A DNA stretch of 64,000 nucleotides from Eledone cirrhosa (Eukaryota). The notes under the pieces were generated by a model that saw only the letters and a program-made list of their open reading frames with translations, had not been told where the DNA came from and ran no database searches. Below, piece after piece: positions 1 to 12,200 of the stretch (position 1 is its first letter; each line of letters begins with the position of its first letter). The stretch is taken from the NCBI GenBank assembly GCA_964016885.1, contig OZ024760.1, positions 35,216,001 through 35,280,000 of the forward strand, written 5' to 3'. The translations under genes and the position numbers were made by a program.

Positions 1-3000
1 CTATGTTGGGAGGGTGCCTTTACCTATGTTGGGAGAGTGCCATTACCTATGTTAGGAGGGTGCCATTGCCTATGTTAGAAGGGTGCCGTTACCTATAATG
101 GGAGGGTGCCGTTACCTGTGTGGTGAGAGTGCCGTTACCTATGTTGGGACACTCCCCTTACCTATTTTGGGAGGGTGCCGTTACCTATGTTGGGAGAGTG
201 CCATTACCTATGTTAGGAGGTTGCCGTTCCATATGTTAGGAGGGTTCCTTTACCTATGTTGGGAGGGTGCCGTTACCTACGTTAGGAGGGTTCCGTTACC
301 TATGTTAGGAGAGTGCCGTTACCTATGTTGGGAGGGTGCCGTTACCTACGTTTGGAGAGTACTATTATCTATGTTGGGAGAATGCCGTTACCTATGTTGG
401 GAGAGTGCCGTCACCTATGTTGGGAGGGTGCCGTTACCTATGTTGGGAGAGTGCCGTTACCTATGTTGGGAGAGTGCCTTTACCTAAGTTGAGAGGGTGC
501 CGTTACCAATGTTGGGAGAGTGCCATCACCTATATTAGGTGGGTGCCGTTACCTATGTTAGGAGGGTGCCATTACCTATGTTGGGGGAGTGCCGTTACCT
601 ATGTTAGGAGGGTGCCGTTACCTATGTTGGGAGAGTGCCATTACCTATCTTAGAAGGGTGCATTTACCTATGTTAGGAGGGTGCCGTTACCTATGTTGGG
701 AGAGTGCCATTACCTATGTTGGTTTGGTGCCATTACCTATGTTAGGAGGGGGCCATTGTCTATGCTGGAAGGGTGCCGTTACCTATGTTGGGAGGGTGCC
801 GTTACCTGTGTGGGGAGAGTGCTGTTACCTATGTTAAGAGGGTGCCATTACCTATGTTGGAAGGGTGCCATTACCTACGTTAGGAGGGTGCCGTTTCCTA
901 AGTTGCGAGGGTGCCATTACCTATGTTGGGGGAGTGCCGTTACCTATGTTAGGAGGGTGCCGTTACCTATGTTGGGACAGTGCCATTACCTATGTTAGGA
1001 GGGTGCCGTTACCTATGTTGCGAGGGTGCCGTTACCTATGGTAGGAGGGTGCCGTTACCTATGTTGCGAGGGTGCCGTTACCCCTGTTGGGAGAGTGCAG
1101 TTACCTATTTTGGGAGGTTGCCGTTACCTATGTTGGGAGAGTGCCATTACCTATGTTAGGAGAGTGCCGTTACCTATGTTGCGAGTGTGCCATTACCTAT
1201 GTTGGGGGAGTGCCGTTACCTATGTTAGGAGGGTGTCCTTACCTATGTTGGGACAGTGCCATTACCTATGTTAGGAGTGTGCCGTTACCTATGTTAGGAG
1301 GGTGTCATTACCTATGTTAGGAGGGTGCCGTTACCTATGTTGCGAGGGTGCCATTACCTATGTTGGGAGAGTGCCATTACCTATGTTGGGAGAGTGCCGT
1401 TACCTATGTTGGGAGAGTGCCATTACCTCTGGTAGGAGGGTGCCGTTACATATGTTAGGAGGGTGTCATTACCTATGTTGGTAGGGTGCCATTACCTATG
1501 TTGAGAGAGTACCATTACCTATGTTTGGAGGGGCCGTTACCTATGTTGGGAGAGTGCCATTACCTATGTTAATAGGTACCGTTACCTATGTTAGGAGGGT
1601 GCCTTTACCTATGTTGGGAGGGTGCCGTTACCAATGTTGAGAGAGTGCCATTACCTATGTTGGGAGGGTACCGTTACCTATGTTGGGAGAGTGCCATTAC
1701 CTGTTGGGAGAGTGCCATTACCTATGTTGGAAGGGTGCCATTACCTACGTTTGGAGGGTGCCATTACCTATTTTGGGAGAGTGCCATTACCTATGTTAGG
1801 GGGGTGCCATTACCTATGTTGGAAGGGTGCCCTTACCTATGTTAGGAGGGTGCAATTGCATATGTTGGAAGGGTGCCGTTACCTATGGTAGGAGGGTGCC
1901 GTTACCTATGTTGCGAGGGTGCCGTTACCGCTGTTGGGAGAGTGCAGTTACCTATTTTGGGAGGGTGCCGTTACCTATGTTAGGAGGGTGCCATTACCTA
2001 TGTTGGAAGGGTGCCATTACCTATGTTAGGAGGTTGCCATTACCTATGTTGGGAGAGTGCCATTACCTATGTTAGGAGGGTGCCGTTACCTATGTTGCGA
2101 GGGTGCCATTACCTATGTTGGGGGAGTGCCGTTACCTATGTTAGGAGTGTGCCGTTACCTATGTTAGGAGGGTGTCATTACCTATGTTGGGAGGGTGCCG
2201 TTACCTATGTTGGGAGAATGACATTACCTATGTTGGGAGGGTGCCGTCACCTATGTTAGGAGGGTGCCGTTACCTATGCTGGGAGGGTGCCGTTACCTAT
2301 GTTGGGAGAGTGCCGTTACCTATGTTGCAGGGTGCCGTTACCTATGTTGGGAGAGTGCCATTTCCTATGTTGGGAGAGTGCCGTTACCTATGTTGGGAGA
2401 GTGCCATTACCTCTGGTAGGAGGGTGCCGTTACATATGTTAGGAGGGTTCCATTCCCTATGTTGGTAGGGTGCCATTACCTATGTTAGGAGGGTGCCATT
2501 ACGTATGTTGGGAGAGTGCCATTACCTATGTTAGGAGGTTGCCGTTACCTATGTTGGGAGGGTGCCATTAACTAAGTTGGGAGAGTTCCGTTACCTATGT
2601 TAGGAGGGTGTCGTTACCTATGTTGGGAGAGTGCCATTACCTATGTTAAATGGGTACCGTTACCTATGTTAGGAAGGTGCCTTTACCTATGTTGGGAGGG
2701 TGCCGTTACCTATGTTGGGAGAGTGCCATTAACTATGTTGGGTGAGTGCCGTTACCTATGTTGGGAGTGTGCCGTTACTTATATTGGGAGAGTGCCATTA
2801 CCTATGTTGGGAGGGTGCAGTCTCCTATGTTGGGAGAGTGCCATTACCTATGTTGGGAGGGTGCTGTTAACTATGTTGGGAGAGTGTGGTTACCTATGTT
2901 GGGAGGGTGCCGTTACCTGTGTTGGGAGAGTGCTATTACCTATGTTAGGAGGGTGCCGTTACCTATGTTGGGAGATTGCCATTACCTATGTTAGGAGGGT

Positions 3001-5040
3001 GCCGTTACCTATGTTGGGAGGGTGCCATTACCTATGTTGGGGGAGTGCCGTTACCTATGTTAGGAGGGTGCCGTTACCTATGCTGCGAGGGTGCCGTTAC
3101 CTATGTTGGGAGAGTGCCGTTACCTATTTTTGGAGGCTGCCTAAGTTGGAAGGGTGCCATTACCTATGTTGGAAGGGTGCCGTTACCTATGTTGGGAGAT
3201 TGCCGTTGCCTATGTTGGGAGAGTGCCATTACCTATGATGGAAGGGTGCTGTTACCTATGTTGGGAGATTGCCATTCCCTATGTTGTGAGGGTGCCATTA
3301 CCTTTGTTAGGAGGGTGTCTTTACCTATGTTAGGAGGGTGCCATTACCTATGTTGGAAATGTGCCATTACCTATGTTAGGAGGGTACCACTACCTATGTT
3401 GGGAGAGTGCCATTACCTATGTTTGGAGGTGCCGTTACCTATGTTGGGAGAGTGCTATTACCTATGTTGGGAGGGTGCCATTACCTATGTTGGGGGAGTG
3501 CCGTTACCTATGTTAGGAGGGTGCCGTTACCTATGTTGGGAGAGTGCCATTACCTATGTTAGGAGGATGCTGTTACCTATGTTGGGAGGGTGCCATTACC
3601 TATGTTGGGAAAGTGCCGTTACCTATGTTGGGAGAGTGCCATTACCTATGTTGGGAGGGTGCCGTTACTTATATTGGGAGAGTGCCATTACCTATGTTGG
3701 GAGGGTGCCGTCACCTATGTTGGGAGAGTGCCATTACCTATGTTGGGAGGGTGCTGTTAACTATGTTGGGAGAGTGTGGTTACCTATGTTGGGAGGGTGC
3801 CGTTACCTGTGTTGGGAGAGTCCTATTACCTGTTAGGAGGGTGCCGTTACCTATGTTGGGAGAGTGCCATTACCTATTTAGAAGGGTGCATTTACCTATG
3901 TTAGGTGGGTGCCGTTACCTATGTTGGGAGAGTGCCATTACCTATGTTAGGAGGGTGCCGTTACCTATGTTGGGAGGGTGCCATTACCTATGTTGGGGGA
4001 GTGCCGTTGCCTATGTTAGGAGGGTGCCGTTACCTATGTTGCGAGGGTGCCGTTACCTATGTTGGGAGAGTGCCGTTACCTATGTTGGGAGGGTGCCATT
4101 ACCTATGTTGGGAAAGTGCCGTTACCTATGTTGGGAGGGTTCCGTTACCTATGTTGGAAGGGTGCCGTTACCTACATTAGGAGGGTGCCATTACTTATGT
4201 TGGGAGAGTGCCATTATTTATATTAGGAGGATGCCGTTACCTATGTTGGGAGGGTGCCGTTAACTATGTTGGGAGGGTGCCGTTACCTGTGTTGGGAGAG
4301 TGCTATTACCTATGTTAGGAGGGTGCCGTTACCTATGTTATGAGGGTGCCGTTAACTATGTTGCGAGGGTACTGTTACCTATGTTGGGAGAGTGCCATTA
4401 TTTATATTAGGAGGATGCCGTTACCTATGTTGGGAGTGTGCCATTACCTATGTTGGGAGAGTGCCATTACCTGTCTTAGAAGGGTGCATTTACCTATGTT
4501 AGGAGGGTGTCGTTACCTATGTTGGGAGAGTGCCATTACCTATGTTAGGAGGGTATCGTTACCTATGTTAGGAGGGTGCCGTTACCTATGTTGCGAGGGT
4601 ACTGTTACCTATGTTGGGAGGGTGCCTTTACCTATGTTGGGAAACTGCCGTTACCTATGTTAGGAGGGTGCCGTTACCTATGTTAGGAGGGTACCTTTAC
4701 CTAAGTTGGAAGGGTGCCATTACCTATGTTGGAAGGGTGCCGTTAGCTATGTTGGGAGATTGCCGTTGCCTATGTTTGTAGGGTGCGTTAGCTATGTTGG
4801 GTGAGTGCCGTTACCTAGGTTAGGAGGGTGTCGTTACCTATGTTAGGAGGGTGCCATTACCTAAGTTGGAAATGTGCCATTACCTATGTTAGGAGGGTGC
4901 CACTACCTATGTTCGGAGAGTGCCATTACCTATGTTACGAGGTGCCGTTACCTATGTTGGGAGAGTGCCATTACCTATGTTGGGAGGGTGCTATTATCTA
5001 TGTTGGGAGAGTGCCAATACCTATGTTAGGAGGGTGCCGT
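1..5040 (+). repeat. Older paralog of the 6576-10550 region, differing by multi-monomer indels
   Basis: Shared private variants (ATAATGGGAGG, GGGACACTCCCC, GGTTTGG, GGAAACTGCC). The offset steps through 6575, 5703, 5565, about 5480 and 5505. Confidence 0.88.
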
Positions 5041-6240
5041 TACCTATATTGGAACGGTGCCGTTACCTATGTTGAGAGGGTGCCGTTACCTATGTTAGGA
5101 GGTTGCCGTTACATATATTAGGAGGGTGCCGTTACATATGTTTGGAGAGTACTATTATCTAAGTTAGGAGAATGCCGTTACCTATGTTAGGAGGGTGCCG
5201 TTACCTATGTTAGGAGGGTTCCTTTACCTAAGTTGGAAGGGTGCCATTACCTATGTTGGAAGGGTGCCGTTAGCTATGTTGGGAGATTGCCGTTGCCTAT
5301 GTTGGGAGAGTGTCATTACCTATGTTGGGAGGGTGCCGTTACCTATGTTTGTAGGGTGCGTTACCTATGTTGGGTGAGTGCCGTTACCTATGTTAGGAGG
5401 GGGTCGTTACCTATGTTAGGAGGGTGCCATTACCTAAGTTGGAAATGTGCCATTACCTATGTTAGGAGGGTGCCACTACCTATGTTCGGAGAGTGCCATT
5501 ACCTATGTTACGAGGTGCCGTTACCTATGTTGGGAGAGTGCCATTACCTATGTTGGGAGGGTGCCATTACCTATGTTGGGAGAGTGCCAATACCTATGTT
5601 AGGAGGGTGCCGTTACCTATGTTGGGAGGGTGCCATTACCTATATTGGAAGGGTGCCATTACCTATGTTAGTAGGGTACCATTACCTATGTTGGGAGAGT
5701 GCCATTACCTATGTTAGGAGGGTGCCGTTACCTATGTTGGGAGGGTGCCATTATCTATGTTGAGGGAGTGCCGTTACCTATGTTAGGAGGGTGCCGTTAC
5801 CTATGTTGCGAGGGTGCCGTTACCTATGTTGGGAGAGTGCCGTTCCCTATTTTGGGAGGCTGCCTAAGTTGGAAGGGTGCCATTACCTATGTTGGAAGGG
5901 TGCCGTTACCTATGTTGGGAGATTTCCGTTGCCTATGTTGGGAGAGTGCCATTACCTATGTTGGAAGGGTGCCGTTACCTACGTTGGGAGATTGCCATTA
6001 CCTATGTTGGGAGGGTGCCATTACCTATGTTAGGAGGGTGTCGTTACCTATGTTAGGAGGGTGCCATTACCTATGTTGGGGGAGTGCCGTTACCTATGTA
6101 GGAGGGTTCCGTTACCTATGTTGCGAGGGTGCCGTTACCTATATTGGAATAGTGCCGTTACCTATTTTGGGAGGCTGCCGTTACCTATGTTAGGAGGGTG
6201 CCGTTACCTATGTTGGGAGAGTGCCGTTACCTATGTTGGA

Positions 6241-9200
6241 AGGGTGCCGTTACCTACGTTAGGAGGATGCCATTACTTATGTTGTGAGAGTGCCATTATT
6301 TATATTAGTAGGATGCCGTTACCCATGTTGGGAGTGTGCCATTAACTATGTTGGGAGAGTGCCGTTACCTATGTTGGGAGAGTGCTATTACCTATGTTAG
6401 GAGGGTGCCGTTACCTATGTTGGGAGAGTGCCATTACCTGTCTTAGAAGGGTGCATTTACCTATGTTAGGAGGGTGTCGTTACCTATGTTGGGAGAGTGC
6501 CATTACCTATGTTAGGAAGGCATCGTTACCTATGTTAGGAGGGTGCCGTTACCTATGTTGCGAGGGTACCGTTACCTATGTTGGGAGGGTGCCTTTACCT
6601 ATGTTGGGAGAGTGCCATTACCTATGTTAGGAGGGTGCCATTGCCTATGTTAGAAGGGTGCCGTTACCTATAATGGGAGGGTGCCGTTACCTGTGTGGTG
6701 AGAGTGCCGTTACCTATGTTGGGACACTCCCCTTACCTATTTTGGGAGGGTGCCGTTACCTATGTTGGGAGAGTGCCATTACCTATGTTAGGAGGTTGCC
6801 GTTCCATATGTTAGGAGGGTTCCTTTACCTATGTTGGGAGGGTGCCGTTACCTACGTTAGGAGGGTTCCGTTACCTATGTTAGGAGAGTGCCGTTACCTA
6901 TGTTGGGAGGGTGCCGTTACCTACGTTTGGAGAGTACTATTATCTAAGTTGGGAGAATGCCGTTACCTATGTTGGGAGAGTGCCGTCACCTATGTTGGGA
7001 GGGTGCCGTTACCTATGTTGGGAGAGTGCCGTTACCTATGTTGGGAGAGTGCCTTTACCTAAGTTGAGAGGGTGCCGTTACCTATGTTGGGAGAGTGCCA
7101 TCACCTATATTAGGAGGGTGCCGTTACCTATGTTAGGAGGGTGCCATTACCTATGTTGGGGGAGTGCCGTTACCTATGTTAGGAGGGTGCCGTTACCTAT
7201 GTTGGGAGAGTGCCATTACCTATCTTAGAAGGGTGCATTTACCTATGTTAGGAGGGTGCCGTTACCTATGTTGGGAGAGTGCCATTACCTATGTTGGTTT
7301 GGTGCCATTACCTATGTTGGGAGGGTGCCGTTACCAATGTTGAGAGAGTGCCATTACCTATGTTGGGAGGGTACCGTTACCTATGTTGGGAGAGTGCCAT
7401 TACCTGTTGGGAGAGTGCCATTACCTATGTTGGAAGGGTGCCATTACCTACGTTTGGAGGGTGCCATTACCTATTTTGGGAGAGTGCCATTACCTATGTT
7501 AGGGGGGTGCCATTACCTATGTTGGAAGGGTGCCCTTACCTATGTTAGGAGGGTGCAATTGCATATGTTGGAAGGGTGCCGTTACCTATGGTAGGAGGGT
7601 GCCGTTACCTATGTTGCGAGGGTGCCGTTACCGCTGTTGGGAGAGTGCAGTTACCTATTTTGGGAGGGTGGCGTTACCTATGTTAGGAGGGTGCCATTAC
7701 CTATGTTGGAAGGGTGCCATTACCTATGTTAGGAGGTTGCCATTACCTATGTTGGGAGAGTGCCATTACCTATGTTAGGAGGGTGCCGTTACCTATGTTG
7801 CGAGGGTGCCATTACCTATGTTGGGGGAGTGCCGTTACCTATGTTAGGAGTGTGCCGTTACCTATGTTAGGAGGGTGTCATTACCTATGTTGGGAGGGTG
7901 CCGTTACCTATGTTGGGAGAATGACATTACCTATGTTGGGAGGGTGCCGTCACCTATGTTAGGAGGGTGCCGTTACCTATGCTGGGAGGGTGCCGTTACC
8001 TATGTTGGGAGAGTGCCGTTACCTATGTTGCAGGGTGCCGTTACCTATGTTGGGAGAGTGCCATTTCCTATGTTGGGAGAGTGCCGTTACCTATGTTGGG
8101 AGAGTGCCATTACCTCTGGTAGGAGGGTGCCGTTACATATGTTAGGAGGGTTCCATTCCCTATGTTGGTAGGGTGCCATTACCTATGTTAGGAGGGTGCC
8201 ATTACGTATGTTGGGAGAGTGCCATTACCTATGTTAGGAGGTTGCCGTTACCTATGTTGGGAGGGTGCCATTAACTATGTTGGGAGAGTTCCGTTACCTA
8301 TGTTAGGAGGTTGTCGTTACCTATGTTGGGAGTGTGCCGTTACTTATATTGGGAGAGTGTGGTTACCTATGTTGGGAGGGTGCAGTCTCCTATGTTGGGA
8401 GAGTGCCATTACCTATGTTGGGAGGGTGCTGTTAACTATGTTGGGAGAGTGTGGTTACCTATGTTGGGAGGGTGCCGTTACCTGTGTTGGGAGAGTGCTA
8501 TTACCTATGTTAGGAGGGTGCCGTTACCTATGTTGGGAGATTGACATTACCTATGTTAGGAGGGTGCCGTTACCTATGTTCGGAGGGTGCCATTACCTAT
8601 GTTGGGGGAGTGCCGTTACCTATGTTAGGAGGGTGCCGTTACCTATGCTGCGAGGGTGCCGTTACCTATGTTGTGAGAGTGCCGTTGCCTATGTTGGGAG
8701 AGTGCCATTACTTATGATGGAAGGGTGCTGTTACCTATGTTGGGAGATTGCCATTCCCTATGTTGTGAGGGTGCCATTACCTTTGTTAGGAGGGTGTCTT
8801 TACCTATGTTAGGAGGGTGCCATTACCTATGTTGGAAATGTGCCATTACCTATGTTAGGAGGGTACCACTACCTATGTTGGGAGAGTGCCATTACCTATG
8901 TTTGGAGGTGACGTTACCTATGTTGGGAGAGTGCTATTACCTATGTTGGGAGGGTGCCATTACCTATGTTGGGGGAGTGCCGTTACCTATGTTAGGAGGG
9001 TGCCGTTACCTATGTTGGGAGAGTGCCATTACCTATGTTAGGAGGATGCTGTTACCTATGTTGGGAGGGTGCCATTACCTATGTTGGGAAAGTGCCGTTA
9101 CCTATGTTGGTAGAGTGCCATTACCTATGTTGGGAGGGTGCCGTTACTTATATTGGGAGAGTGCCATTACCTATGTTGGGAGGGTGCCGTCACCTATGTT

Positions 9201-12200
9201 GGGAGAGTGCCATTACCTATGTTGGGAGGGTGCTGTTAACTATGTTGGGAGAGTGTGGTTACCTATGTTGGGAGGGTGCCGTTACCTGTGTTGGGAGAGT
9301 CCTATTACCTATGTTAGGAGGGTGCCGTTACCTATGTTGGGAGTGTGCCATTACCTATCTTAGAAGGGTGCATTTACCTATGTTAGGTGGGTGCCGTTAC
9401 CTATGTTGGGAGAGTGCCATTACCTATGTTAGGAGGGTGCCGTTACCTATGTTGGGAGGGTGCCATTACCTATGTTGGGGGAGTGCCGTTGCCTATGTTA
9501 GGAGGGTGCCGTTACCTATGTTGCGAGGGTGCCGTTACCTATGTTGGGAGAGTGCCGTTACCTATGTTGGGAGGGTGCCATTACCTATGTTGGGAAAGTG
9601 CCGTTACCTATGTTGGGAGGGTTCCGTTACCTATGTTGGAAGGGTGCCGTTACCTACATTAGGAGGGTGCCATTACTTATGTTGGGAGAGTGCCATTATT
9701 TATATTAGGAGGATGCCGTTATCTATGTTGGGAGGGTGCCATTAACTATGTTGGGAGAGTGCCGTTACCTATGTTGGGAGGGTGCCGTTACCTGTGTTGG
9801 GAGAGTGCTATTACCTATGTTAGGAGGGTGCCGTTACCTATGTTATGAGGGTGCCGTTAACTATGTTGCGAGGGTACTGTTACCTATGTTGGGAGAGTGC
9901 CATTATTTATATTAGGAGGATGCCGTTACCTATGTTGGGAGTGTGCCATTACCTATGTTGGGAGAGTGCCATTACCTGTCTTAGAAGGGTGCATTTACCT
10001 ATGTTAGGAGGGTGTCGTTACCTATGTTGGGAGAGTGCCATTACCTATGTTAGGAGGGTATCGTTACCTATGTTAGGAGGGTGCCGTTACCTATGTTGCG
10101 AGGGTACTGTTACCTATGTTGGGAGGGTGCCTTTACCTATGTTGGGAAACTGCCGTTACCTATGTTAGGAGGGTGCCGTTACCTATGTTAGGAGGGTACC
10201 TTTACCTAAGTTGGAAGCGTGCCATTACCTATGTTGGAAGGGTGCCGTTAGCTATGTTGGGAGATTGCCGTTGCCTATGTTTGTAGGGTGCGTTACCTAT
10301 GTTGGGTGAGTGCCGTTACCTAGGTTAGGAGGGTGTCGTTACCTATGTTAGGAGGGTGTCATTACCTAAGTTGGAAATGTGCCATTACCTATGTTAGGAG
10401 GGTGCCACTACCTATGTTGGGAGAGTGCCATTACCTATGTTACGAGGTGCCGTTACCTATGTTGGGAGAGTGCCATTACCTATGTTGGGAGGGTGCCATT
10501 ACCTATGTTGGGAGAGTGCCAATACCTATGTTAGGAGGGTGCCGTTACCTATGTTGGGAGGGTGCCATTACCTATGTTGGAAGGGTGCCATTACCTATGT
10601 TAGGGTACCATTACCTATGTTGGGAGAGTGCCATTACCTATGTTAGGAGGGTGCCGTTACCTATGTTGGGAGGGTGCCATTACCTATGTTGGGAGGGTGC
10701 CATTACCTATGTTGGGAGAGTGCCAATACCTATGTTAGGAGGGTGCCGTTACCTATGTTGGGAGGGTGCCATTACCTATGTTGGAAGGGTGCCATTACCT
10801 ATGTTAGGGTACCATTACCTATGTTGGGAGAGTGCCATTACCTATGTTAGGAGGGTGCCGTTACCTATGTTGGGAGGGTGCCATTACCTATGTTGGGGGA
10901 GTGCCGTTACCTATGTTAGGAGGGTGCCGTTACCTACGTTAGGAGGATGCCATTACTTATGTTGTGAGAGTGCCATTATTTATATTAGTAGGATGCCGTT
11001 ACCCATGTTGGGAGTGTGCCATTAACTATGTTGGGAGAGTGCCGTTACCTATGTTGGGAGAGTGCTATTACCTATGTTAGGAGGGTGCCGTTACCTATGT
11101 TGGGAGAGTGCCATTACCTGTCTTAGAAGGGTGCATTTACCTATGTTAGGAGGGTGTCGTTACCTATGTTGGGAGAGTGCCATTACCTATGTTAGGAAGG
11201 CATCGTTACCTATGTTAGGAGGGTGCCGTTACCTATGTTGCGAGGGTACCGTTACCTATGTTGGGAGGGTGCCTTTACCTATGTTGGGAGAGTGCCATTA
11301 CCTATGTTAGGAGGGTGCCATTGCCTATGTTAGAAGGGTGCCGTTACCTATAATGGGAGGGTGCCGTTACCTGTGTGGTGAGAGTGCCGTTACCTATGTT
11401 GGGACACTCCCCTTACCTATTTTGGGAGGGTGCCGTTACCTATGTTGGGAGAGTGCCATTACCTATGTTAGGAGGTTGCCGTTCCATATGTTAGGAGGGT
11501 TCCTTTACCTATGTTGGGAGGGTGCCGTTACCTACGTTAGGAGGGTTCCGTTACCTATGTTAGGAGAGTGCCGTTACCTATGTTGGGAGGGTGCCGTTAC
11601 CTACGTTTGGAGAGTACTATTATCTAAGTTGGGAGAATGCCGTTACCTATGTTGGGAGAGTGCCGTCACCTATGTTGGGAGGGTGCCGTTACCTATGTTG
11701 GGAGAGTGCCGTTACCTATGTTGGGAGAGTGCCTTTACCTAAGTTGAGAGGGTGCCGTTACCTATGTTGGGAGAGTGCCATCACCTATATTAGGAGGGTG
11801 CCGTTACCTATGTTAGGAGGGTGCCATTACCTATGTTGGGGGAGTGCCGTTACCTATGTTAGGAGGGTGCCGTTACCTATGTTGCGAGAGTGCCATTACC
11901 TATCTTAGAAGGGTGCATTTACCTATGTTAGGAGGGTGCCGTTACCTATGTTGGGAGAGTGCCATTACCTATGTTGGTTTGGTGCCATTACCTATGTTGG
12001 GAGGGTGCCGTTACCAATGTTGAGAGAGTGCCATTACCTATGTTGGGAGGGTACCGTTACCTATGTTGGGAGAGTGCCATTACCTGTTGGGAGAGTGCCA
12101 TTACCTATGTTGGAAGGGTGCCATTAGCTACGTTTGGAGGGTGCCATTACCTATTTTGGGAGAGTGCCATTACCTATGTTAGGGGGGTGCCATTACCTAT

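Noticed and set aside
45-55. CCTA-TGT-TAGG mini-hairpin in A-type monomers, suggesting a structured ncRNA
   Set aside because: The stem is only 4 bp, with no compensatory changes seen and no evidence of transcription.
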